A stretch of 64,000 bases of DNA from Candidatus Dojkabacteria bacterium (GTDB lineage: Bacteria > Patescibacteriota > Dojkabacteria > J137), in contig JBDTVZ010000003.1 in assembly GCA_040006935.1 (NCBI GenBank), positions 139,988-203,987 on the forward strand, read 5' to 3'. The notes below the pieces were generated by a model. It was not told the origin of the DNA and did no database searches. It saw only the letters and a list, made by a program, of their open reading frames with translations. The translations under genes were made by a program, and so were the position numbers. Positions 40,075 to 50,210 of this stretch are shown here, in pieces (within the stretch, counting starts at the first letter, position 1; each line of letters opens with the position of its first letter).

Positions 40075-42304
40075 AAATTGCATAAGTATGTAAATCGCTT
40101 GCATTAGTTAAACCAAATCTAATTTTTGATATTGAATTATATTTTAAAGGTATTGTTTGTGTTCCAAACATCACACCATTTCCATTTTCGGGAGCAAAAT
40201 CCAAGTTGACAAATGTCTCATCATTTCCTAGGAATATATGGAAAAATATTGCAGGATTCTCAATTTCGTCGGGTTTATTTAAATAAAATTCGATACTAAA
40301 GGTTTTAACTCCATAAACTTCGGTAAGTTTATAATCTTTAATCACAACCGCTTTACTAATATCGTTTTCAAATGTTTTTTCTGAAAGGGTCTTTTTAGTT
40401 GAAGTATTTGGTTTATATGCAAATAGGAAATGAGGTCCATCAATATCCGTAATTAATTTTTCGAATAACTCTGGATGTTTATTAGCAATTGCTGCTTCTG
40501 GCATTCCGTCCAAAACAACTACATAAACTGGGTTAACTTTAGCAACTGCATCTAGCCACACTGAATCGTCACCTGGTCTTGCGGGAACAAAAACAACGTC
40601 ATTACTAAAGTCTTTATTGTACAGAGCATAAGGAAACCAAATTTTATCTCCTATTACTACACTCTGATTTTTGCCTAGTGTAGTATTAATAAGTATATTC
40701 ATGTCCCGTGTCTTGAGTGAACTTGCATAACTAATATTATCCGCATTTATTAATTGTTTGATAGTATCTACCGGTCTAAAAAAAGTTCCATCTATAGTCA
40801 GTACAAAACTTAATCCAAATAATAAAAATAGAACTATAAGTACAATATAGCGTCCCAATTTAGAAGTAATATACTTATTTAATAAATATATGAACGGAAT
40901 TATTCCAGCTATACATATAAATCCCGTATAGTGTGGAATCCAATTCCCTGGAAGCACAAGTAATATTAAAGTAGGAACTATTATAAAAATAAATAAATCT
41001 AAATATTTCTTTAAAATCGAAATTAAAAAAACAATCAGCATACTTGGTAATAAGAATACAAACCAAATCGAACCAAACCCATCTAATTTGCCATCAGCTA
41101 TATAATAAACTCCAGACCATCCTTCTCTCTCCTCCCAAACATAGATTAACCTTTGTATAAGATTTCTACTTTCAATTTGAGGTAGGCTATTAGTAAAATC
41201 TAAACCAGCCCATTCACCCGGGAAATGTATCCCTAAAACTGTAAATTCCACTGGGAATAATGGATTACCAAAGTAGTACCAACTCCTAAAATACCAAAAT
41301 GAGCCAAGTACAAACATCGCTACAATAATAAATCCAGTGAGAATTACTAAAGGTTTAAAGATTTTTCTCCAACCAATTTGTTTGAATAAAACTATTAAAA
41401 ACCCTAAATAGAAAACAAGAACATAAATTATCGCAGAAGATTTTGATCCAAAAATTATTCCTAAAGATAAACAGATCCCAACAAAAAGTGTAAGATTTTT
41501 TCTTTTGAAAACTTCTTTAAAATTTATATTTAACAGGAGATATAAAGAAGCCATTAATAAGGTCCACATTGTAATGTCTACTTTTTCGGTTTTTGAGACT
41601 AATAATAATATTGGTATGCTATAAACTAAAAGTCCTCCAATAATTGCAAATCTTTTCTTAGATCCAAAATGACGACAAAGTAAGTAAATAACTCCACTTA
41701 GGGAAATGAGAAAGTACATATTAGTTATTTCTGCAAGGACGTCACTTCGGAAGAAAATCATATTCCATAAATCCAGAAGTTCGATATCATGTGGGAAACT
41801 AATGGTATACAAATGTGTATAATCAAAGTACCTTATTTGACCAGTTTTAATAATATCGGCTACAAATCCTAGATGATAATGATAATCATCCCACGAAGTA
41901 GGCGGATGAACTATAATCAGAATCAAAAGATTAGTTAAAGTAAATATTGCGAGAATAATAAATGCCCACAAAATAATATCTCTTTTATTAACTTTCTTGA
42001 ATTCATTATTAAAATTCTTTAATTTACTTAACAATATCTTTGGTCTAAATCTGGAGACATAAAGTAATATAAGTGATATCCCAATATTTAGAGTAAATAA
42101 TTCAACTGGGTATAAACGTTTAAGAATTAGTCCCAAGAAGAAAGAAGTTAGAATAATTTGAGTAATTCCAAATATGAAAGTAAGTATAAAATTGAATCGT
42201 CTTTGTAAATTAAACTTCTCTTTGAAAAACCAGTACCAACCTAAAATCAGAAAGGAATTTATGATTATATATGCGAGTAAATTTATTAGGAATGACTCAG
42301 TCAT
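40058..42304 (-). CDS. Large GT-C-like integral membrane glycosyltransferase
   Basis: PPTSWDDYHYHL, FPHDIEL, KVD, GSK, FWYFRSWYYFGNPLFP; soluble C-terminal domain. Confidence 0.7.
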   Translation of the reverse strand: MTESFLINLLAYIIINSFLILGWYWFFKEKFNLQRRFNFILTFIFGITQIILTSFFLGLILKRLYPVELFTLNIGISLILLYVSRFRPKILLSKLKNFNNEFKKVNKRDIILWAFIILAIFTLTNLLILIIVHPPTSWDDYHYHLGFVADIIKTGQIRYFDYTHLYTISFPHDIELLDLWNMIFFRSDVLAEITNMYFLISLSGVIYLLCRHFGSKKRFAIIGGLLVYSIPILLLVSKTEKVDITMWTLLMASLYLLLNINFKEVFKRKNLTLFVGICLSLGIIFGSKSSAIIYVLVFYLGFLIVLFKQIGWRKIFKPLVILTGFIIVAMFVLGSFWYFRSWYYFGNPLFPVEFTVLGIHFPGEWAGLDFTNSLPQIESRNLIQRLIYVWEEREGWSGVYYIADGKLDGFGSIWFVFLLPSMLIVFLISILKKYLDLFIFIIVPTLILLVLPGNWIPHYTGFICIAGIIPFIYLLNKYITSKLGRYIVLIVLFLLFGLSFVLTIDGTFFRPVDTIKQLINADNISYASSLKTRDMNILINTTLGKNQSVVIGDKIWFPYALYNKDFSNDVVFVPARPGDDSVWLDAVAKVNPVYVVVLDGMPEAAIANKHPELFEKLITDIDGPHFLFAYKPNTSTKKTLSEKTFENDISKAVVIKDYKLTEVYGVKTFSIEFYLNKPDEIENPAIFFHIFLGNDETFVNLDFAPENGNGVMFGTQTIPLKYNSISKIRFGLTNASDLHTYAIYETNI

Positions 42305-42423
42305 TAGTTACAACAATAATTAGGTATAATATTAAATAGTTTATAACATAATACTTAAAATATGGACAAATATCTAAACTACAGTAGAGTTATGGGATTG
42401 AATATAAATCAATATATATTATA

Positions 42424-43698
42424 ATGAATCCCATGGATAAAATAAAAAAATTTATTGGTATATATCAAAATTTTGGTCTAAGTTACTTTCTGGATTTGAT
42501 TATCAGAAAAGCATCCTTCGGGAAGATAAATTTAAATATTAAACCTAATTTTGATAAATTTCTAGAAAACAATGTTTCATCGGATCACTCAAAGAAACAA
42601 ATTATCTTCTTTGTCCCTTGGTTTACTTTTGGGGGAACAGATATTGTAAACTACACGCTCCTTAATAATATGGACCAAACTAAATTCCAGTTCCATCTCT
42701 TCTCTACAATCCGAGGAGCAAACAATATTTGGTTTGATAAATTTAAAGCTATTAATAACGAAATTTTTCATCTTCCTGATTTAATATCAGAAGATAATTA
42801 CGAAGAGTTGATAAAAAAGTATATTAAGTATGTGAATGCAGAGACTTTTTTTGTTTCTAATTCATCTAAAGGTTATGACTTAATCCCATTCGTCAGAAGA
42901 GAATTCCCTCAAATTAAGATAGTCGATCTTTTACATGGACAAGGAGGCTCTAAAGAAAGTGGTGGTTTCCCAGAATATTCTAAAAATCTAGATAAATATA
43001 TTGATACAAGAATTGCAATTAATAATTTCTTAAAGAACTATTTAATAGAAAAATATAATATAGATCCTAAAAAAATAACAGTAATCCAAAATGCTATTGA
43101 ATTCAGTGATAAAGTGGAGAAAGGTATATATAGATCAAAACAAAAAGTGGATGAGAACGAATTTGTTGTTACGTACTTAGGAAGATTAGCACCAGAGAAA
43201 CATCCTGAAATTATTGTAAAAATAGCAAATGAGCTTGTTAATAATCAAGGTGTGGGAAATATCAGCTTTTTTATTGGAGGCGATGGACCACTTTTCGACG
43301 AGGTATCCAAAGAAATTCGAACTTTAAAACTAGGAAATAAAATTCATCTATTAGGCTATTATCCGAATAATGAAGCGGTCAAAATTCTAAGTGATTCTAA
43401 CCTTCTTGCTGTGACATCTGAGATGGAAGGTTCTCCCATTGTAATTCTAGAAGCAATGAATTTAGGAGTACCCGTCCTAGCAAGTAAAGTTGGTGGAATT
43501 CCAGAACAAGTGGACGATCAAATAACTGGCGTATTGATAGAGTTCAATGAGAACTTTGTAGAAACGGCCGCCCAAGAAATTCTTGAGTTGAAAAATAATA
43601 GAGAAAAGCTCTCCTCAATGGGTTTAAAATCCAAAGAGAAAGCAACAACAACTTTTTCAGTTAAAGAGATGATTTCGAAGTACGAAAGTTCACTTTAA
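42424..43698 (+). CDS. GT4 glycosyltransferase
   Basis: GRLAPEKHP, SEMEGSPIVILEAM, VGGIPE. Confidence 0.9.
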   Translation: MNPMDKIKKFIGIYQNFGLSYFLDLIIRKASFGKINLNIKPNFDKFLENNVSSDHSKKQIIFFVPWFTFGGTDIVNYTLLNNMDQTKFQFHLFSTIRGANNIWFDKFKAINNEIFHLPDLISEDNYEELIKKYIKYVNAETFFVSNSSKGYDLIPFVRREFPQIKIVDLLHGQGGSKESGGFPEYSKNLDKYIDTRIAINNFLKNYLIEKYNIDPKKITVIQNAIEFSDKVEKGIYRSKQKVDENEFVVTYLGRLAPEKHPEIIVKIANELVNNQGVGNISFFIGGDGPLFDEVSKEIRTLKLGNKIHLLGYYPNNEAVKILSDSNLLAVTSEMEGSPIVILEAMNLGVPVLASKVGGIPEQVDDQITGVLIEFNENFVETAAQEILELKNNREKLSSMGLKSKEKATTTFSVKEMISKYESSL

Positions 43699-46521
43699 GA
43701 TTTCGTTAAATGCTTTCTGCATTTCTTTTAAAGAAAACTCTCTTTCAACTGTTTCTCTAGCATTTTTACCTATACCTTGAACAATCTTTTTATCTTCTGC
43801 TAAAAGACTAACAATAAGATCTGCAAAATCATTAACTAAGTTATTGCCATATTCAATTAAGAATCCGTCCCTGCCGTGTTCAACCATTTCCGGTATTCCA
43901 CCAACTTTAGTACTTATAACAGGAACTTCCATCGCCATACTTTCTAACGTACTTACTGGCATTCCCTCCATTTCAGAAACTATTAATGAGTAATCTGTAT
44001 CTTTTAATATGTAGGGTGCTTCAGAATTTTGAAAAAAATCTGTAAAGAAAACTGATTCATTAAGTTTTAAATCTTCAACTTCAGTTTGTAGTTCCTTCAA
44101 CATTGGACCACCACCAGCAATTATTAATTTTACATTCCTTATTTTTCGAACGTTTATTAATTCATTTGCAATTTCAACAAGTTTTTCAGGACTCTTATCA
44201 AAATTTAACCTGCCTAAATAACTTAGAACAATATCTTTTGCACTCATTTTAAATTTCTTTCGATACTTCCCAGCCTCAAATTTTGTAGGATCAAATTTGT
44301 TTAAATCTATTCCATTATGGACGACCAAGATCTTTCCTGGATTTACTCCATACTCGTTCACCATTAATTCCTTAAGCATTTTACTAGCCACGATATGAGT
44401 TTCAATATGTTCATCAAATTGGACGCAGTATTTAGGGTAACCACCACCTTCGTTTTTCATACCTTGCGCTTGGATCAGGTCCATAATCCTTATCTTTGGA
44501 AATACTTTTTTAATCTCAGGAATCATGTCAAATCCAGCTTGGCTATTTCCAATCAAAATAGTATCTATGTGGCCTAGTTTTATATACTCCTTAATAAATG
44601 CAAAATAGAAGTTTTCATTTACATACTCAGACAAGTGGAACATATTTGGAGTAAGTTTTTTAAATTCTTTCTCCCAAGTATGGTTTGATAAAAGAGTTGT
44701 AAAAACGTGAGTATTAAATTCCTTTGGATTTAATCCGGCAATAGTATCCAGCATTAACTTATCAAAGCCTCCGGCAACAAGCCACGGAAAAATAAACATA
44801 ATATTTTTCTTATCTTCATTAAATTTAGCGCGATCATTTATGAATGTAGAAATATTATTATAGTCATCTCTGATTGAATATTTCATTACAAATCTTTTCT
44901 GAGGATCGAGGTTTAATATTAAATTATTACTTTCTTCGAATAAGTATAATTTTGTATTGCCAATTCCAGTTTCAAGCTTGCCAATCGCAAAGTCTATATG
45001 TTCCTCTTTTAAATCAAAAGACTCTTTATCCTTGTCATCATTAAGAATGGCTACAATTTGTAACTTTGGATATCTCATCTTAATTTCAGGAAGATGTAAA
45101 TATAAAAAGTTTGATTTGGATACAATTAAAGTAGAGGTTTTTCTGGTCTCGATTAGGTAGTATAAAATCTCACGCCAGTTATCTTTATTTGGATAAAGTT
45201 TCCCGAGATGGAAAATGTCACTAGTTAAATCCTCAAAATTATAAGGAGATTCAAGTAAATAACTTTCGAAATCACTAGTTGTAACAAAACCTATGTTAGC
45301 ACCAGTAATTAATTTAGTTTTACTTGCGAAATTGTAAATGTATCTAGATTCATCTTCTATTCCTAAAGTTTCGGCAACAAATAGTATATGAGTTCTTTGA
45401 TTATCATTGGTTCGATCTGCATCCAATAAATTTAGTAGGGGATTTTTTACTGTATATTTCTTAAGTTTGTTTACAATATTTTGAATATACTTTCGGTTGG
45501 TAATTGCCTTAATATGTTTATTCCTTATTGTACTTACCCAATGCATATGCCTATCGTGTGATTTCTGACTCTCTGTGTGTCCATGTCTTCTATATAAAAG
45601 TAAAGGTTCGTGAACAATATCACTTGCAGCACTCTGCTCTGCCATTGATATCCAGAAATCCCAATCCTCGTAACCTTTTATTTTTGAATCATAAGGACCC
45701 ACTTTCATTCCTAATTCCCTTCTAAAAATTGCAGAACAATGTTGAGTATTTTCATGAACAATTGATCGAATATCTAAAATTCCACGTTCAAAGGTAAAGC
45801 TGGCATCTCCAAATTCTTTATGCCATGTATTACATACGTCTAAATTCCCAAGTTCAAGCTTAAGTAAACATTTTTCTAAATATGTAGGTTTAAGTTTATC
45901 GTCTGCATCTAATCTACAAATATATTTTCCTTTAGCGTGCCTAACTCCATTGTTAAACGCTCCTGGAATATAGGTATTTTCTTCTTGAAAAATAACTCGA
46001 GTCTTAGGTTTTTTGAGACTGTGGATAATATCAATCGAATATGGTTCAGTCGAAGCATCATCTACAATTATAATTTCAAAATTCTGGAAAGTCTGGTTAA
46101 GTACAGAGTCCACTGCTTGTTCTATGTATCTACCATAGTTGTGATATGGAATAACTACGCTGACAAGTGGTGCACCTTTTTTCCATTTTGTTAATTCCAC
46201 TTCTACAGGTAAACTGGGTTTAACAACAACGGGTTGAATAGTATTTGGAGTCATTCGTGCCTTTATGGCTCGAGTCGGGGGATTTAAAATTCTTTTTGCT
46301 CTCTCGGGTAATATTAATTTCCCTATTAAGTAAACACTTCTGAAAATCTTTCTCGGCACAGTATCAAACCTGAAAGTGGAGTAAAAGCGGTAAAATGCGT
46401 TATCCCTTAATATATATGAATCGTATTCTACTCTTTTATTGATTGCATCTAGCTCCCTATTTCTATTTAATAAAAATGTTCTTTCCTTTTCCAAAAAGGC
46501 TTTTTCATCAAGATCGTCCAT
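43690..46521 (-). CDS. Multidomain GT2 + (partial GT-B) + GT4 glycosyltransferase
   Basis: VSVVIPYHN, LDADD, GYEDWDFW; C-term GRLNFDKSP, SEMEGMPVSTLESM. Confidence 0.9.
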   Translation of the reverse strand: MDDLDEKAFLEKERTFLLNRNRELDAINKRVEYDSYILRDNAFYRFYSTFRFDTVPRKIFRSVYLIGKLILPERAKRILNPPTRAIKARMTPNTIQPVVVKPSLPVEVELTKWKKGAPLVSVVIPYHNYGRYIEQAVDSVLNQTFQNFEIIIVDDASTEPYSIDIIHSLKKPKTRVIFQEENTYIPGAFNNGVRHAKGKYICRLDADDKLKPTYLEKCLLKLELGNLDVCNTWHKEFGDASFTFERGILDIRSIVHENTQHCSAIFRRELGMKVGPYDSKIKGYEDWDFWISMAEQSAASDIVHEPLLLYRRHGHTESQKSHDRHMHWVSTIRNKHIKAITNRKYIQNIVNKLKKYTVKNPLLNLLDADRTNDNQRTHILFVAETLGIEDESRYIYNFASKTKLITGANIGFVTTSDFESYLLESPYNFEDLTSDIFHLGKLYPNKDNWREILYYLIETRKTSTLIVSKSNFLYLHLPEIKMRYPKLQIVAILNDDKDKESFDLKEEHIDFAIGKLETGIGNTKLYLFEESNNLILNLDPQKRFVMKYSIRDDYNNISTFINDRAKFNEDKKNIMFIFPWLVAGGFDKLMLDTIAGLNPKEFNTHVFTTLLSNHTWEKEFKKLTPNMFHLSEYVNENFYFAFIKEYIKLGHIDTILIGNSQAGFDMIPEIKKVFPKIRIMDLIQAQGMKNEGGGYPKYCVQFDEHIETHIVASKMLKELMVNEYGVNPGKILVVHNGIDLNKFDPTKFEAGKYRKKFKMSAKDIVLSYLGRLNFDKSPEKLVEIANELINVRKIRNVKLIIAGGGPMLKELQTEVEDLKLNESVFFTDFFQNSEAPYILKDTDYSLIVSEMEGMPVSTLESMAMEVPVISTKVGGIPEMVEHGRDGFLIEYGNNLVNDFADLIVSLLAEDKKIVQGIGKNARETVEREFSLKEMQKAFNEILK

Positions 46522-46563
46522 AAAATTCTTTTAAATAATTATAATTTGATATATATTCATTGT

Positions 46564-47553
46564 ATGAATCCTGTAAGAAACATTATACCTAAAGTTAAAA
46601 CAATAATTAAAGAATTCCTTGGTTTAAACTACCCATATGTTTATGTTCAAAGACGACTTAGCTCTTTTGCAAAAGTCGTTTCTCCAATCTCTAATAAGGA
46701 AGTATATAACAAAGAGGTAGATATTATAATGCCTATCTATAACAGATTAGCGGAAACAAAAATGGCTATTGAGTATTTATTTAAGAATGCCAATATAAAA
46801 TTCAAACTAATCCTTGTTGATAATAACTCAGATAATAAAACGCAGGAATATCTTAAGAATTTATCACATAAAAATATTAAAGTAATTTTTCTTAAAGAAA
46901 ATCTTGGTGCTTCAATCGCCCGAGAATCTGGATTAAAAGAGTCACAGAATGAGTTTGTAGCATTTGTTGATAACGATATCTTAATCATGCCAAATTACTT
47001 TGAAAATCTTCTAACAACAATTCAAACTGATAATAAAATTGCTGGGGTCCAATCCAAAGTTGTTCTACCAAATTTAAAGATTCAAATAAATACTCCAACT
47101 TTCATGATAAAAGATCAAGATATTGTCTTCACAGATAAAGATATTGACAAAAAATTCGACGACAAATCCACTTTTGAATCTAAAACATGTAACTATATTC
47201 CAATAGGTGCAACTTTATGGAGAAGAGAAGTTTTTAACAGGTTCAGCTTTGACGAAGGAATGAATACAGCTTTTGAAGATAATGACTTCGCATATTCTGT
47301 ATATAAGGGAGGATATATTTTTAGAAACTGTCCTAAAGCAATTGCTTTGCATATAAATTCAGAATTCTCTCCCAAAACCATTCAAGATAATAGTTATATG
47401 GCAGGAAGATATTCAAATGATAAATTACTCAAAAGTCTTAAAATCTTCTATAAAAAACATCAGCTAATTTTCTATTTTAAGACTAAAGAAGGGTTTGCTA
47501 AATATTTAGGTTTTAGCAATCCAGAAGAATATGAAAACTCCCTCAAAGCCTAA
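46564..47553 (+). CDS. GT2 glycosyltransferase
   Basis: IIMPIYNR, VDNNSD, FVDNDI, FEDNDF. Confidence 0.88.
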   Translation: MNPVRNIIPKVKTIIKEFLGLNYPYVYVQRRLSSFAKVVSPISNKEVYNKEVDIIMPIYNRLAETKMAIEYLFKNANIKFKLILVDNNSDNKTQEYLKNLSHKNIKVIFLKENLGASIARESGLKESQNEFVAFVDNDILIMPNYFENLLTTIQTDNKIAGVQSKVVLPNLKIQINTPTFMIKDQDIVFTDKDIDKKFDDKSTFESKTCNYIPIGATLWRREVFNRFSFDEGMNTAFEDNDFAYSVYKGGYIFRNCPKAIALHINSEFSPKTIQDNSYMAGRYSNDKLLKSLKIFYKKHQLIFYFKTKEGFAKYLGFSNPEEYENSLKA

Positions 47554-48488
47554 AGTACTTGCCCATTAAATATCTTCAAGAACCAACTTAACAATTTGTA
47601 TGGAGGTGTAGATTTTATTTTAGTTATTTTGTTCTTTAATCTATCTAATTCTTCACTTTTTACGGATAAGATTTTTTCTGTCTCGACTAATTCATTAAAG
47701 ACTTTCTTATTCTCAGCAACTAATATATCGTAATCATTTATCGTTGCAATGATTCTTTTTTCCTCTTGTAAAATTATTTCAATATAATTTTTTTTATAAA
47801 ACTCTTCGTTATTCTCAATTACTTTTCTCAAGAGTTCAATTTTCCTCTTCCTCGCCTCAACTATCATTGAATTTTTCTTTACTCGATAATTAAATAATTC
47901 TTCTGGAATACAAATCCACTTATAACCTTTCGCAATAATTGAAATCCAAAAACTCATATCCTCAAATCCACCATGTGCCATGTTTGAAGAATATCCCCCA
48001 ACTTCTTCCCAAACCTTGCGCTTAAACATTGAAGCAACATGAACTCCAGTACCTCCCTCTGTTGCTAACTTCATTGGATCGTAATCCGAAGTTTTCCAAA
48101 GTTCATCGATTTCACCAAAAGTTCTTACCCAGGTTGTTGCTATTGCAACTTTTTCATCAGAATTATCTAATGCACTTACACATTTTTCTAAAAATTGCGG
48201 AAAATATTTATCGTCAGCATCAAGGCAGCAAATATATTCACCTTTTGCAATTTTAATACCATTGTTTCTTGCATTGGGAAGCCCTTGATTTTCAGTAGTC
48301 AGTACTTTTGTTTTTGGTTTATTGTAATTAGCTAATAGCTTATTAGTTGCCTCATCAGTAGAACCATCATTAACAATGATAATTTCAAAGTCTTGGAAAG
48401 TTTGTGCAAGAACTGAGTTTACTGCCTCATCAACATATTCTCCATGGTTATAGCAAGGAATTACAACTGAGACTTTAGGTTCAGCCAT
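47550..48488 (-). CDS. GT2 glycosyltransferase with C-terminal coiled coil
   Basis: VSVVIPCYNHG, NDGSTD, LDADD, FEDMSFW. Confidence 0.9.
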   Translation of the reverse strand: MAEPKVSVVIPCYNHGEYVDEAVNSVLAQTFQDFEIIIVNDGSTDEATNKLLANYNKPKTKVLTTENQGLPNARNNGIKIAKGEYICCLDADDKYFPQFLEKCVSALDNSDEKVAIATTWVRTFGEIDELWKTSDYDPMKLATEGGTGVHVASMFKRKVWEEVGGYSSNMAHGGFEDMSFWISIIAKGYKWICIPEELFNYRVKKNSMIVEARKRKIELLRKVIENNEEFYKKNYIEIILQEEKRIIATINDYDILVAENKKVFNELVETEKILSVKSEELDRLKNKITKIKSTPPYKLLSWFLKIFNGQVL

Positions 48489-48489
48489 T

Positions 48490-49185
48490 TTACTTATTTT
48501 TAATAAATATCATTGCATTCTGTGATAGCCACCATGCAACTTTCTTTTCTTTTAAACTTTCTCTCATTTTCATCGTATCTTCCTTTTTATATTCAAATCC
48601 TTGTTCCTCAAAAAGTTTAATCCAATATTCATTAGGCTGCTCATTAATATGGTCATCTCCACCTTGTCCCGGAATCGCAGCAGTAAAGAATAGCTTATCT
48701 GCATGTCTTGTCATATTACCAACTAAAGTAGAAGCAAATTTAGCCTGTAAATGCTCTGCAACTTCTATACAGATTACAAGATCAAATTTTTTCCCTAACT
48801 CTAACTTCTTTCTTAAATCGAAAACTTGAATATATTTAGGATCAACTAATGCATTTTGTTTTGCCCAGTCGCTTCCATCAACCCCCTGTGCATCAACCCC
48901 CCGTTTCAAAAATTCTCTTAGGTAAGGACCATTTCCGCAACCAACGTCCAGCAATGTTTTAGGTTGAAAATAATTATATAGTTCATCAATAAATCTATTC
49001 ATATTGGGAAGATTTGAAATATCTTCGTAATATTCGCCATTATAAATTGTGCTAATTTCATTTTTACCCTGTACTCTTGCAAGGAATTTCCTAACTTTAT
49101 ATTCTAAAGATTTAGAAGCTCTGAAGATTACGTATTTGAAGCCGTGATTCTTGAAATATAAATAGTAATTTGAAAAAAGATTCAT
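48490..49185 (-). CDS. Class I SAM-dependent methyltransferase
   Basis: LDVGCGNG, EVAEHL, AAIPGQGGDDHINEQ. Confidence 0.9.
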   Translation of the reverse strand: MNLFSNYYLYFKNHGFKYVIFRASKSLEYKVRKFLARVQGKNEISTIYNGEYYEDISNLPNMNRFIDELYNYFQPKTLLDVGCGNGPYLREFLKRGVDAQGVDGSDWAKQNALVDPKYIQVFDLRKKLELGKKFDLVICIEVAEHLQAKFASTLVGNMTRHADKLFFTAAIPGQGGDDHINEQPNEYWIKLFEEQGFEYKKEDTMKMRESLKEKKVAWWLSQNAMIFIKNK

Positions 49186-49252
49186 AACATTATCTGATAA
49201 AATATTGCTACAATTATAATCTAAAAAAGTAATTTGTTATACAGATTTTATT

Positions 49253-50209
49253 ATGCTAAATGAGATTAGAGATATTTTATTATCGATAGTTCTATTTATT
49301 TTTTTTAAACCTGTTCTTCTTGTTGGTAGACTTCTGCTATCTAAGAAAGCTTATAAGGCGCTTTCATTTAAATTAATAACCTTCACTAACAATGTTTTCG
49401 GTTATTATCGAGATCAATTATCCGATTATAATAAAATAAAATATGACATGAGGAAATATCGAGATACTTACGATAGAAAAGGGTTAGAATTATATTTTCA
49501 ATTAGTCTCGGCAGAGGATTTATTTTTAAATAAAAAAATCTTAGATTTTGGTTGTGGAGTAGGTGGAAAAGCTTTAGAAATTTTAAAATATAATCCAGAG
49601 CACGTTATGGGAATTGATTTATCGAAAAGAGATATCGATTATGCTAAGGAACTTTTAAATGATTCGAATAAATCAAAATTGTTTTTTGAATATAAAGATA
49701 TTCTCGACCTCAAAGATCCTGAATCATTCGATAGTATCGTATCTTTCACAGTCTTTGAACATGTGGATACTCCCTTGTTATTACCAATTCTTGATAAAAT
49801 GTACGAACTATTAAAAAAGAATGGAAATTTATTAATAGTATTTAATCATTTTAATGATAGATTCGGTTCCCATCTAAAAGAATATATTTTCCATCCATGG
49901 CCTCAAAGTTTATTTGATGAGGAAATGATTTACGAATACTGGAATCAGTCACTAATTTCAGATAAGAACTCAAATGATAATAGTTATTTCCCGAAAAATT
50001 ACAGACATGGAGTAGGAAACCATAATGAAGATTGTTATATAAATCTAAATAAATTAAATATCAGTGATTTCGAGAAGATAATTAAGCAGACTAAATTTAA
50101 ATATGTAGACAGATACGATTATTCTCGATTGAAGATTCTAGATAAGTTAAATTTTCTACCTTCTAAATATCTACAAGGATCTAGTGTTTATTATCTTAAG
50201 AAGGGTTAG
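49253..50209 (+). CDS. Class I SAM-dependent methyltransferase
   Basis: LDFGCGVGG, GIDLS, VFEHV. Confidence 0.88.
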   Translation: MLNEIRDILLSIVLFIFFKPVLLVGRLLLSKKAYKALSFKLITFTNNVFGYYRDQLSDYNKIKYDMRKYRDTYDRKGLELYFQLVSAEDLFLNKKILDFGCGVGGKALEILKYNPEHVMGIDLSKRDIDYAKELLNDSNKSKLFFEYKDILDLKDPESFDSIVSFTVFEHVDTPLLLPILDKMYELLKKNGNLLIVFNHFNDRFGSHLKEYIFHPWPQSLFDEEMIYEYWNQSLISDKNSNDNSYFPKNYRHGVGNHNEDCYINLNKLNISDFEKIIKQTKFKYVDRYDYSRLKILDKLNFLPSKYLQGSSVYYLKKG

Positions 50210-50210
50210 A

